Shown: one piece after another, positions 9,394 to 18,830 of the stretch
Layout of the letters: each line of letters starts with the position of its first letter
Numbering within the stretch: position 1 is the first letter of the stretch
Program-made: the position numbers and the translations under genes
Notes under the pieces: model-generated
What the model was told of the DNA's origin: nothing
Databases searched by the model: none
The model's input: the letters and a program-made list of their open reading frames with translations, nothing else
Source: a virus
IMG/VR virus record: IMGVR_UViG_3300042452_000786
Location: 11,875 to 75,874 of that record
DNA: 64,000 nt
Direction: 5' to 3' (one strand)

Positions 9394-10310
9394 TGAAAGA
9401 GAAAAAATATAACTATGTTTATGCTGTTATCAATTTTGATCAGCGCCTTGCTTATATTGGCTCCAGAGGTAGCAATAAACCACCCCTGGAAGACTCCTAC
9501 ATGGGCAGTTTCAAAAAAGACTCAAAGTTTGTACCTGTTAAAAAAATTATCCTTAGTGAACATCCTGCAAGAAAAGAAGCTTATGATGCCGAGAGAGAAT
9601 GGCAAATAAGGTTCAATGTGGCAAAAAGTAAACTCTTTGTTAACAGAGGTATCCTGACTTCTTCGGGTTTCAGTAACGCTGGAAATATCGGAGGCATCGG
9701 GCACATGAAAGGAAAAACGCACACAAAAGAAACAAAAAGACAAATTAGAAATAAAATGAAAAGCCGATTTAAAAATGTAACAGTCAAAAATATTGATACA
9801 GGAGAAGTGTTTAGTTTTGACTCTATCGGCCAAGCGTCTCGCGAGTTGAAGATTTCCTCTACTCAGTTAACTTTTTTGTTGCAAGGCAAATACAAAAGAA
9901 CTCACAATTACTGCCTTGAAAACACTGATACAAGCATTTTTGAAACAAAGTTTGTTTTAAAGAACTCCACTACCGGAGAACTTGTTGAGGCTACATCTCA
10001 AGCTGAGATGGCTAATAAAATTGGTGCCGGCTCAGGAAGCGTGTCCCGTGTCTTCAGCGGTTTAAGGCTTTCCGTTAAAGGTTATTGTTTACCGGAAACA
10101 GACGTTAGCTTGCTTGGTATTAAAAACCGCACTATAAAATTATTCAATACTTGCACTGAAGCAGTTGAAGAATTTAAGGGAGTTACTTCAGCCGCTAAGA
10201 AAATTGGCGTCAGCCACTCGTTGGTGTCAATGGTATTGAAAGGAAAGAGGCCGCGAGCGGGTAATTACGTGCTCTGTCCGGTGTTTAAAGGCGGGGACTC
10301 ACAGGACTAA
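9393..10310 (+). mobile_element. free-standing GIY-YIG homing endonuclease with NUMOD3 and repeated NUMOD1/HTH modules
   Basis: YVY..YIGSR, A..AE, KGKTHTKETK, three F.S...A..(L/I) HTH repeats; visibly AT-richer than its neighbours. Confidence 0.8.
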
Positions 10311-10449
10311 TGGTGAGACGGGAAAATGCAGATGCATTCCCCGTACATTGGAAGGACAGAAAGACTACAGGATCGATGGCTGCCACGGGCTGCGCCAGGG
10401 GCTACTCTCAATCTGATGTCAACCCTCAAAAGCTCGAAATAAAGACATC

Positions 10450-13053
10450 GTGACGACAGCAACCCCGGAGCCACAGCGTCCAAGGAAAGGTCTCAAGCCT
10501 GGACAGATTGATCTCAGTCTGATACCGGTTGATTGGGCGCTTACTCCGCTGCGGGATAAGCGTGCATACGTTGCTGGTTGGACATCTCAACCTTTTTCCA
10601 TTGAGCAAATCCGCAAGGAGCTGGATGAAGGGCGTGCGACTGGGGTTGGCCTTCTGAGTGGACAGTGGTCCAATGAATACGCGCTTGTTTGGGTTGATAT
10701 TGATGGTCCGGATGCCATCCCAGCCTTAGAAGAGCTGGCTGGTGGTCAACTTGATGTTATTTTCCCGCCCACACTGACTGTTTCATCGGGTAAGCCCGGC
10801 AGGCAGCGGATGCTTTACAGCGTCCCGACAGCCAAAATTCCGCTGTTGCCGGATAAAGCAACAATCAAAATCGGAATTCCGTCGTTTGAAATCCTGTTTC
10901 GCTCCAGGCAAGGAGCAATCATGGGTGTCCATCCTGAAACGGAAGGATACTATACAACAACCCACGGTGGCTTTGAGTTTGCTAAGAATCCTCCGGAGCT
11001 GCCGGAGTGGATGTATGCCGCAATTGGTCGTGCTTTTCCCACCAACAAGTACCGCAAACCTGTAACCGGTGGTGTAGTAACTCAGAGCATCAACATTCAC
11101 TACGAGGATGGCTCTAAGTTCCAGATGGAAGAAGCCGTCAACGAGGCCAAGGTTTACCTGGAGCACCTTGACCTTGAACGGGCTATCGATTACGAAGAGT
11201 GGTTAGCCGTAGGTATGGCTCTCCACCAGGTGGATGATTGCTTGCTCAGTTCCTGGATTGAGTGGTCTGCTCAGGCAGAGAACTTTGAGGCGGGTGCTTG
11301 TGAAGATAAGTGGCGCACATTTGAACGGCTTCCAGGTGGTCCAAGTCCTGAAGGTGCTCGTGGTCTGCAGACGCTCAGGGCAAAGGCAAAGGAAGATGGT
11401 TACTTAGAGCTTGGTGGTTTTGTTGTTGAATCACCTGAAACTCTTGCACAGCGTGCTCAAGAATTGTTTGGTGAAGAAGGAGAAGGCGAAGAAGGTGCTT
11501 TTGTTCCTGGTATTGCTGGTCTTTTTCAACGGAACATGCGGCATCTTTTTGGTGGCCCTGATGAAGATGAGGAAGAGGAAATCAGGAGCACTGCAAAAGG
11601 ACGTGGTCGTCCAAAAACTCCACCGTCGTCGGAGCTGGCAAATCTTGTTACCGGAATGGTTAATGAGATTGGTTGGAGGTACGACCCCAAATACGACACC
11701 TTTATGTTCTACCACCGCGATCGTGGTATCTGGCGTCGTGAAGACTATGCTCAAGAATTTAAGCACACGGTTCAAGATCTGTTTATTCGTGAAGCAATCC
11801 CCACGCCAAGTGGTTTTACCTCTCACTTAATCAATGACGTTGTCAACCTGACTCAGGCGTACATCTCGCAGCCTGATTGGAATGACGACGACGACATGCT
11901 GGCTTTCAGTAACGGTGTCCTAGAGATCAGTACCGGTGAATTTTTGGACCACGACCAGGAAAACTACCTGACCTGGGGTTTGGATTTTGATTATGATCCC
12001 AGTGCTGACCCTGGTCCCATCATTGATTGGCTGCGTCGGACGCAATACAACGATGAGGATCGGGTCCAGGTGCTCAGGGCCTGGTTAAGAGCTTGTCTGC
12101 TTGGGCAAGGTCACGAGCTGCAGCGTTTCATGGAGGTCATTGGTCCGGGAGGTCGTGGTAAATCGACTTTTGCTAACCTCTGCTGTGCTCTTGTTGGCTC
12201 AGGCAATTACGCCAGTACAACGTTGAACCAGCTGGAGCAGAGTCGGTTTGAGGTGGCATCTATTAAAGGGAAGCGGCTGACACTGATCAATGACTCGGAA
12301 CGTTACGGCGGTTCTGCTCAAATCTTTAAGGCCCTGACCGGTGGTGACAATCTTCGCTTTGAAGAAAAGAATAAGAATGTGGGTGAACCGTTTGTGTACA
12401 CCGGCATGGTTATGGTCTGTGCCAACGAACCAATTCAAACTACAGACAATACTTCGGGTCTTACCAGGAGGAGGCTGACGCTTGAGTTTAATCGTCCCCT
12501 CTACGATAAAAACTCGGAAGCCAAAGAGATGATTAAGCTCGATAACGGTATTGTAAGAGGCTTATGGAAGAATTATTTACCCGGCTTGGTGAACTGGGTT
12601 CTGCAGATGACCGACAAAGAAATGCGGGAATATCTGTTGGATACTTATGACAAAGTCCCATCGTTGCGTCGCGTCAGGAATGAAATCCTACTGAACAGTA
12701 ACAACTTGATTGAGTGGCTGCAGTCAGAAGTTGTGCATGCTCCAGATCACACCTCTTCTGTTGGTAAGAAGATTCCAGCAGCAAAGGATGCTCCAGAGCG
12801 GTACAACAACAGCAATCACCACCTGTATGCAAGCTACTGTTCTTACGCGGAAGATACTGGTAGTAAGCCAGTGGGCCAGAAACGATTTATTGCTTTGCTG
12901 TTAGATTGTTGTGTCAACCAGCTTGGCCTGAAAGATGTGCGTCAGTTCAGCAAGCAAGGTCGTCCATTTATTAAAGGACTTGCTATCCGAGCTGGAGATA
13001 CCAAGTTTCAGGATTATCCGACTATTCTTCCTGAAGGAATGAAGGATTTGTAA
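10450..13053 (+). CDS. Prim-Pol/PriCT-2/D5-type SF3 primase-helicase
   Basis: WVDID, YEEW..VGMAL, F.NG.L, Walker A GPGGRGKST, K.LTGGD, motif C AN..RR. Confidence 0.92.
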   Translation: MTTATPEPQRPRKGLKPGQIDLSLIPVDWALTPLRDKRAYVAGWTSQPFSIEQIRKELDEGRATGVGLLSGQWSNEYALVWVDIDGPDAIPALEELAGGQLDVIFPPTLTVSSGKPGRQRMLYSVPTAKIPLLPDKATIKIGIPSFEILFRSRQGAIMGVHPETEGYYTTTHGGFEFAKNPPELPEWMYAAIGRAFPTNKYRKPVTGGVVTQSINIHYEDGSKFQMEEAVNEAKVYLEHLDLERAIDYEEWLAVGMALHQVDDCLLSSWIEWSAQAENFEAGACEDKWRTFERLPGGPSPEGARGLQTLRAKAKEDGYLELGGFVVESPETLAQRAQELFGEEGEGEEGAFVPGIAGLFQRNMRHLFGGPDEDEEEEIRSTAKGRGRPKTPPSSELANLVTGMVNEIGWRYDPKYDTFMFYHRDRGIWRREDYAQEFKHTVQDLFIREAIPTPSGFTSHLINDVVNLTQAYISQPDWNDDDDMLAFSNGVLEISTGEFLDHDQENYLTWGLDFDYDPSADPGPIIDWLRRTQYNDEDRVQVLRAWLRACLLGQGHELQRFMEVIGPGGRGKSTFANLCCALVGSGNYASTTLNQLEQSRFEVASIKGKRLTLINDSERYGGSAQIFKALTGGDNLRFEEKNKNVGEPFVYTGMVMVCANEPIQTTDNTSGLTRRRLTLEFNRPLYDKNSEAKEMIKLDNGIVRGLWKNYLPGLVNWVLQMTDKEMREYLLDTYDKVPSLRRVRNEILLNSNNLIEWLQSEVVHAPDHTSSVGKKIPAAKDAPERYNNSNHHLYASYCSYAEDTGSKPVGQKRFIALLLDCCVNQLGLKDVRQFSKQGRPFIKGLAIRAGDTKFQDYPTILPEGMKDL

Positions 13054-13136
13054 AGGGTGCGCCCGGATGTGGTCAGGATCGCCGCCATCGAGTCACCAGT
13101 CCTTCGTTGCCATCATAGGAGTCCTTTCGGCTGGGC

Positions 13137-13286
13137 TCAGCGGTTGCGGGTGAACTGATCGACAAACCACGCCTGGTACTCAGCGGGTTTGGTGGCTGCT
13201 TCCAGGATGACCTGGCGCTGCTCAGGCGACACTTGATACGTGTCCAATAATTGAAGAACGCGGGAGGAGGGGTTAGAACAGGTCAT
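13137..13286 (-). CDS. possible small hypothetical protein
   Basis: 49 aa overlapping the tailspike stop by 14 nt. Confidence 0.3.
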   Translation of the reverse strand: MTCSNPSSRVLQLLDTYQVSPEQRQVILEAATKPAEYQAWFVDQFTRNR

Positions 13287-15240
13287 TCCAGGTCGATCCG
13301 TTATGGCACTGCAGCTTATTAGTCGTTTGGTCGTAGTACACGTCGCCCGCTTGTGCTGAAGCGGGAGTGTTCTGAGGGATAAATCGCACTTGGCCAGATT
13401 GCTTAATCCGAAGACGTTCAACGGCAGTGGTTGATCCAGAGGGGGTGGTTAAAAACTCTATTCTTCCGGGACAGCTATTGGCGGCCGCGACTCCATCAAC
13501 TCTAAAATCTATTGACGTAAATACTCTGTAATCAACTCCGTCGCTTCCGCGCGAAATAACCGAGGCGATCAAATCTCCGTCAAGAACAAGACCTGGGGAG
13601 TAGGGACTTGTGGACCTCGTTTTATTGAATCTGATCCCGGCTCCGTTTACGTCGTCGCCCCAAGCCAGAAGATGAACGGGTGGGATTCCGCCGCTTGAGG
13701 CCACCGTCAACGCTGCCCCAAATGTGGCAGGTGACAACCTAACTCCGACCTTACCATCGTTATCGATAACGAATGGAGTGGCGTCGGGGGAGGCTTGATC
13801 TTCAACCACAAAAGCGTGGCCAGTTCCTGTCTGGGTGACTGTAAGCGCAGCGTTGCTGTTGTCTTCAACTAGGATGTGGCGGCGCGAGTATTCTCTTGTT
13901 AAGCGAGTAGAGGCGTCGGCATCGATGACCTGAGTCGTGGCAGAAAGCTGACTGGGCTGCGTGAAGGCTAAAACCTGGCCAGCAAATGGATTTACAACAA
14001 AGTAACCAATTCTTGAGGTGCTTACATTTTGAACAGCATTATTCAAGAGAAGAACGTTGACGGCATTTGTTTGGACAACTATGCCAAACTCCGTCTTGGA
14101 AGGCGTGTTTGTGTCACTGATTGCGTTATTGCTTACCGTTACGTTCTGCGAAGTGTGAACCGCAATGGCGCAAAATCGGATATTGCTGTTTTGCATGGCA
14201 TTGACGATGGTGTTGCCCGCCACCAATGCGTCCCTGGTGCCTGAAAAGATTCCAATGGCAGCCGTGTCGCAACCATAGACAGAGTTTCCAGCCAGCACCA
14301 GTCCCCTGACATCAGGCAAGTCAAAAACTACAGGTGGCACTGCAGTGCCAGCTGTGAACTCTGAGCAGTTTCCAACCACGTTGCCTTGCACAACCAGGTT
14401 AGTCACAAAATGCGGGCTTGGGTTGTTGTAGAGAAGTGTGTAGCTGTCAACAGAAAGGTTGTTCAGGACGGCAACGTTGTCAATGTCTTCCAGAGAAATG
14501 CAGTCAAGGCCTTGGCGGTAGAAATAGCATCCTTCGATCACAGCGTTCTTGCATCGGTATGGCGCGTCGTTGGTAAAGGCAATGGCTTGCCACCTGTAGC
14601 CGTCCGAGTTGTCCGGATTTCCACCGCACTCCAGGAACTGGCAGTCTTGAATTTTAATGTCATCAATGTCTGTTGAAAGAAAAACGCTAATGCCTTCTAC
14701 ATTTTCAAAAATGCAGTTTCTAAGTTTTATGTTTTGGGATCTAAAGAAAGCAATTAGAGGACTTCTGTTTGTGCCAATGTTGCCCTTGTTTCCGTCAATG
14801 CGTAAAGACTCTAGTTCAATGTCTACGAGCAGGGATGCGTTGAATAAAATCCCGGTTTGCGCAGGCCAGTTTTGAGTCGCCAGTTTAAGTATTGACTGCC
14901 CGCTCTCCCCCTTAAGATGAGTGTTAGAAATAAACGTAATTCTGCTGGCTACAATGTATGTGCCAGGGGGGAAGTAAATTGTCTTTCCTGCACAGGCATT
15001 TACCGCAGCCTGAATAGCCGCAGCGTCGTTTGTTACGCCATCGCCAACCGCTCCGAAGTCTTTTACTGACACCACATCGCGCAGCTTGCTCTCAACCGTC
15101 CGCGCAACTGCGCCGGTGCCGGACTGCGTAAAACTTAACTTTGTTGCTTCAATTGCCGCATTTACAGCAACTTGTGGATTGGTAATTGAGCTATTGCCGG
15201 GTACAGCAACTACGTCAGGTTGCTTTCCTATATATGACAC
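13273..15240 (-). CDS. tailspike with pectate-lyase-like right-handed beta helix
   Basis: ARTVESKLRDVVSVKDFGAVGDGVTND..AIQAA, YFPPGTY, Asn-ladder repeats; MSYIGKQP N-terminus. Confidence 0.85.
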   Translation of the reverse strand: MSYIGKQPDVVAVPGNSSITNPQVAVNAAIEATKLSFTQSGTGAVARTVESKLRDVVSVKDFGAVGDGVTNDAAAIQAAVNACAGKTIYFPPGTYIVASRITFISNTHLKGESGQSILKLATQNWPAQTGILFNASLLVDIELESLRIDGNKGNIGTNRSPLIAFFRSQNIKLRNCIFENVEGISVFLSTDIDDIKIQDCQFLECGGNPDNSDGYRWQAIAFTNDAPYRCKNAVIEGCYFYRQGLDCISLEDIDNVAVLNNLSVDSYTLLYNNPSPHFVTNLVVQGNVVGNCSEFTAGTAVPPVVFDLPDVRGLVLAGNSVYGCDTAAIGIFSGTRDALVAGNTIVNAMQNSNIRFCAIAVHTSQNVTVSNNAISDTNTPSKTEFGIVVQTNAVNVLLLNNAVQNVSTSRIGYFVVNPFAGQVLAFTQPSQLSATTQVIDADASTRLTREYSRRHILVEDNSNAALTVTQTGTGHAFVVEDQASPDATPFVIDNDGKVGVRLSPATFGAALTVASSGGIPPVHLLAWGDDVNGAGIRFNKTRSTSPYSPGLVLDGDLIASVISRGSDGVDYRVFTSIDFRVDGVAAANSCPGRIEFLTTPSGSTTAVERLRIKQSGQVRFIPQNTPASAQAGDVYYDQTTNKLQCHNGSTWNDLF

Positions 15241-15257
15241 AGCATTTCATCTTTGCT

Positions 15258-15428
15258 TTATTCTACTTTACAAGAACAAGACTTACATTTTTTGCAGTTC
15301 TTTTTCTTGCTCCAGGTTTTGTCTCCTGGGATTACCTCAGTCCCGTACTCAAAGTCATCGTAGTCAGTCTGGTTACGCAACCAACTTGCAAATTCCTGCA
15401 TGTATTTTTTGATAAGCTGTGTCGGCAT
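15258..15428 (-). CDS. small hypothetical protein with Cys/Lys tail
   Basis: TGATG coupling to the upstream gene; ends CKKCKSCSCKVE. Confidence 0.5.
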   Translation of the reverse strand: MPTQLIKKYMQEFASWLRNQTDYDDFEYGTEVIPGDKTWSKKKNCKKCKSCSCKVE

Positions 15429-15790
15429 CAGATAGAAAGTCTTTTGCGGTTCTGTTTTATGATTCCTGGAGATTTTTCTTGAAAGTCTTTCCAGGTTGGA
15501 TATGCTTCCATGTATCGGTTTGTACCAGTGCGATTCTCCCGCATCCACCTGTCAACACTTCGATCATCAATGTAAGGAACCATATCAAAAGAAGCAGCCT
15601 GTTTTACGCCAGGTTGGCCAAATTTTCTGCGAAGATCGTCAAAAAAACCAGGTGGCGGGGGAGTCCCTGGCTTGTTCATTTTTTCTAGTACATCAGGAGG
15701 TACCTCTTGTCCAGGTGATCCTCCCCATGCAGGCTGCTCTTGATTGCTTGCAAGAAAATTTTTCAAAAAAGCAATGCCACTATAGTCCAT
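15428..15790 (-). CDS. hypothetical protein
   Basis: 120-aa ORF, tightly packed. Confidence 0.6.
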   Translation of the reverse strand: MDYSGIAFLKNFLASNQEQPAWGGSPGQEVPPDVLEKMNKPGTPPPPGFFDDLRRKFGQPGVKQAASFDMVPYIDDRSVDRWMRENRTGTNRYMEAYPTWKDFQEKSPGIIKQNRKRLSI

Positions 15791-15792
15791 GA

Positions 15793-16689
15793 TCAGGAAC
15801 CAAAAGCTCCTTTACCCTGCATCCCCTTAAGAACACCTAAGTTCTTCAAGAAATCTTCGGCTCGGTCGCCCACCGGCATCTGGGAAGACGCGTTCTGAGG
15901 GTTTGTTTTGGCAGCAGCCAGAGCATTAGCTTGAAAGTACGGTGCGCTTACAGCTTGACCCTGGGTCATGGCGCCGCCGGGAAGCTCAAAAGGCTTCATG
16001 ATAGGGTCTGTACCAGCAAGGGAGCTGGTGTCAAAGCCACCTGCAGCGTAGTCGGCGGCTTCTGGTTGTGCGGTCGTGCCAAGGAGTTGAGAAGCTTTAC
16101 CGCTCTTGGCGTACTCACGCTGAGCCAGCATGGGGTTAGCTCGGGCCCACTCAGCCATTGGTCCCTGGTAACCCATGGCAGAGATGATCTCCTCCATGTT
16201 CCCACGGCCTGCAGCGCTCTGAGAGCGGTAGTAGCTTGCCAGGGGAGTGTCGGTCGGAGCTTTTGTCTGGCCCGCTAACGCCTGCATAGCCGCAAGGTCC
16301 TTGGGGGCTCCAGCGCCACGGGAAGCAGCACCAAAATAAGGATCCATTTCGCTGCTGCCGAAGTAGCGATCAAATTGACCCTGAGGATTCAAAGCGTATT
16401 GCTTGTAGAGATCGGATTGAGTGCGGTCAGGTGTTACGCCGTCACGGGTGCCACGAACAATGGGAGTGGGGCGTTGCCCAGGAAATCCTGCACCTGCACG
16501 AAAATTCTCTGCTGCCTGTCCAGCCGCTAACTCAGCCTGTTTGTAGTTAGTGGGAAGGTTGCGGACGCCAGGTTGCCACATTTTGTCGGGGCGATCAGTT
16601 AAACCTTGCACACGATTTAACCAATCAACTGCATCTTGGAGTGGGCCCCAAGGCTTCCCACCTGTTGGACGACTAATAGGAACAGGCAT
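15793..16689 (-). CDS. hypothetical Ala/Gly/Gln-rich protein (possible internal virion protein)
   Basis: 298-aa low-complexity ORF. Confidence 0.6.
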   Translation of the reverse strand: MPVPISRPTGGKPWGPLQDAVDWLNRVQGLTDRPDKMWQPGVRNLPTNYKQAELAAGQAAENFRAGAGFPGQRPTPIVRGTRDGVTPDRTQSDLYKQYALNPQGQFDRYFGSSEMDPYFGAASRGAGAPKDLAAMQALAGQTKAPTDTPLASYYRSQSAAGRGNMEEIISAMGYQGPMAEWARANPMLAQREYAKSGKASQLLGTTAQPEAADYAAGGFDTSSLAGTDPIMKPFELPGGAMTQGQAVSAPYFQANALAAAKTNPQNASSQMPVGDRAEDFLKNLGVLKGMQGKGAFGS

Positions 16690-16738
16690 TTAATTACAAC
16701 AATCCTTTCTTACAATAATAGTATCGATAAACGTAACA

Positions 16739-16927
16739 ATGGACGTTCTTCAAACTTTTGATAACGGAACAACAATTGAATTTGGTGAAGATAATCACGG
16801 CAACCAAGTTCATCGCATCTGTACTCCCAGTGGGTCGATGTGCCGGTTTGCAGAGCCATACCACGTAGCACTCACCTATGCGCAGCAATACGAAGAGTTC
16901 TACGCGGTTAAGCCGGACTCAAAGTGA
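16739..16927 (+). CDS. hypothetical protein
   Basis: 62-aa ORF, divergent from 15793..16689. Confidence 0.55.
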   Translation: MDVLQTFDNGTTIEFGEDNHGNQVHRICTPSGSMCRFAEPYHVALTYAQQYEEFYAVKPDSK

Positions 16928-16954
16928 GTCTTGTTGAGACAGACCTAAGAACTG

Positions 16955-17287
16955 TGTGGGTACTACTTGTGCCAGTACATTCTTAAAGTGCACGGCTATG
17001 TACTCTCACAGGTAGAACCCACACTCAGAAACCACCGCTTGGTCCGCCCCAAAGGGGCAGAAATTTGTCTTGAAATGGTAGCGTTGTGAACATTTCGGTG
17101 TTTGTGGTTCTCAAGAAATTGCTTTGTTTGGCTGAGATCCCTTGCGGTGCAAGGGCATCTGATAAACGACCAAGAGGAGTCAAGATTTCGGCTATTTCAC
17201 TTCCCGTGTAATTTTGTGGGTACTACTCTTGACCGTATATTGGAGGCCCAAAAAGCCAAAAATGTACGGGCACAGGGCTAACCCACA
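16955..17287. promoter_or_regulatory. array of four 26-bp TGTGGGT-N13-GTAYAT boxes in two inverted pairs
   Basis: Boxes at 16955-16980(+), 16998-17023(-), 17215-17240(+), 17262-17287(-). Confidence 0.8.
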
Positions 17288-17348
17288 AAAAGTCTTCTAA
17301 GATAAAAAAGGCGTTTTTTTGACTCCTTTTGGTCGTTTATTAAAACCC

Positions 17349-17377
17349 TTGACACGACAGGGGTTTCGACCTACTCT
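17349..17377 (+). promoter_or_regulatory. sigma70-type promoter
   Basis: TTGACA (17349-17354), 17 bp, TACTCT (17372-17377), upstream of ATG 17399. Confidence 0.6.
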
Positions 17378-17398
17378 GCACTTGAACACTAAAACCTC

Positions 17399-18565
17399 AT
17401 GGAAATTCTGCGTTTTTTCTTTGAGTCCAGCCTGTCCAGCGATGATGCAGTGGCTTTTGCCAAAGCTGTTCAGATCTGCTTCCACACCCTTGGTGGCGAC
17501 AGGTGTTGGTGTATGGACAAGAGCAAACACTCTTCTTTTCAGGGGTTTGTCACCAGTCACGGTTCCCGGTTGCTCTACAAAAACCAAGACGCCAGACCGT
17601 TTCTTCTTGCTCTCAGCAACCGCTTCTACAGTGACGACAGGCCAGTTATTGTTCGCAGGTCCTGCTGCACCTCTAAGTACTGTCTGAACCCCTCCCACGT
17701 TTATTACGGCACCAGGAGCGACGTTGCGCTTGAAAACGAAACCAAAAAACCACAAGCAAAAAAACGCCGCACTGTGGTAACAGTAGAAATGGCGGAACAA
17801 ATGCGTCAATGTCGAGACGCAGGTGAGACTATCCTGAAACTGTCAAGACGATACAAGCTGCCTTATCACGTTGCACGTCGCATCTGCAGTGAAAATGCAT
17901 ATTCCAGTTACAACGGAAACTTCAGTACGAAATATTTAGAAAAGTTGTGGCAAAAAACGATTGAAAACTGCGTCGAAATTTGTAAGAATAATCCAGAAGC
18001 ATCCCGCTCCTACAACCTGGCGTATCACGTGTCAACTCATCTTGAATGCCCCTGGCACCGGAAAGGACAATCCAGTCACAAAGGCAACTTTGGCCTCATG
18101 GGAGAATGCCTGGACTGCATGGAAGAGATTAAGAAAGGACGCTGCACGGTTGATGTGCGGGAGTTTGATCTTGACTGGTATTGGCAGGTCAAGCGCTTCT
18201 GGGAACAGGTTGATATTAAATCCAATGACGAGTGTTGGCCTTGGCGCGGAGCAACACGTCGGGACAACAAAGAATCGTTGGCGTATTTTCCGTCTCCTTT
18301 TCACTCGGGTAAAGTTCATTCCGCTCCCAGGGTTGCTTTTTGGTTGAGCCGTGGGTACACAGGCAAATATCGCGTCTTTAACAAAAATACGTGCGAGCCC
18401 TTTTGCTGCAACCCGTTGCACATTACAATAAGGGAATTGAAAGGCTGCCCTGATCCAACGGGTATTGCCGATATACAACTGGTTCATACCAATGTCTTCC
18501 AGCACTACAGAAAAAATCTTCAGCAAGAGCAGTCAAATTCTGCCGTCGAACTACCACCTTCCTGA
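17399..18565 (+). CDS. protein with two degenerate HNH/His-Me zinc-finger domains flanking an HTH
   Basis: CWCM...CCTSKYCLNPSH and CWPW.G...CEPFCCNPLH; central TILKLSRRYKLPYHVARRI. Confidence 0.65.
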   Translation: MEILRFFFESSLSSDDAVAFAKAVQICFHTLGGDRCWCMDKSKHSSFQGFVTSHGSRLLYKNQDARPFLLALSNRFYSDDRPVIVRRSCCTSKYCLNPSHVYYGTRSDVALENETKKPQAKKRRTVVTVEMAEQMRQCRDAGETILKLSRRYKLPYHVARRICSENAYSSYNGNFSTKYLEKLWQKTIENCVEICKNNPEASRSYNLAYHVSTHLECPWHRKGQSSHKGNFGLMGECLDCMEEIKKGRCTVDVREFDLDWYWQVKRFWEQVDIKSNDECWPWRGATRRDNKESLAYFPSPFHSGKVHSAPRVAFWLSRGYTGKYRVFNKNTCEPFCCNPLHITIRELKGCPDPTGIADIQLVHTNVFQHYRKNLQQEQSNSAVELPPS

Positions 18566-18830
18566 AAAACAATACGTCGGTTGCGTTCGCATCGGCCCCA
18601 AAAATTACTACACTCCTTACTACGCTTCAATTGATGAAGCTGCATTGGAGTTGCGTTGCTTGGAAAAACAACTCAGTTATGAGCTGATTAAAACTGTAGA
18701 GGAAGACGGCTTCTACCCTCATCGCGCTATACTTATAGAAGAAAAGTATCAACAATCCGGCAGGACTAATGGTCTATATACCGGATTGAACATGCAAGAT
18801 GGCTCGTTATCTGTCGACAGTCCCGAATAA
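18492..18830 (+). CDS. hypothetical protein (AP2-like pattern possible)
   Basis: YVGCVRIG.KNYY...YASIDEAA. Confidence 0.45.
   Translation: MSSSTTEKIFSKSSQILPSNYHLPEKQYVGCVRIGPKNYYTPYYASIDEAALELRCLEKQLSYELIKTVEEDGFYPHRAILIEEKYQQSGRTNGLYTGLNMQDGSLSVDSPE

Noticed and set aside
10450-13053. Intein in the primase-helicase (also checked terL)
   Set aside because: No C/S...HN splice motifs and domain spacing is normal.
13054-13136. Ribozyme or ncRNA after the primase gene
   Set aside because: GC-rich, but I could not assemble a hammerhead or other core; it may just be a convergent terminator region.
16955-17287. CRISPR array or transposon ends
   Set aside because: The boxes are degenerate and alternate in orientation; no transposase or target duplication is visible.
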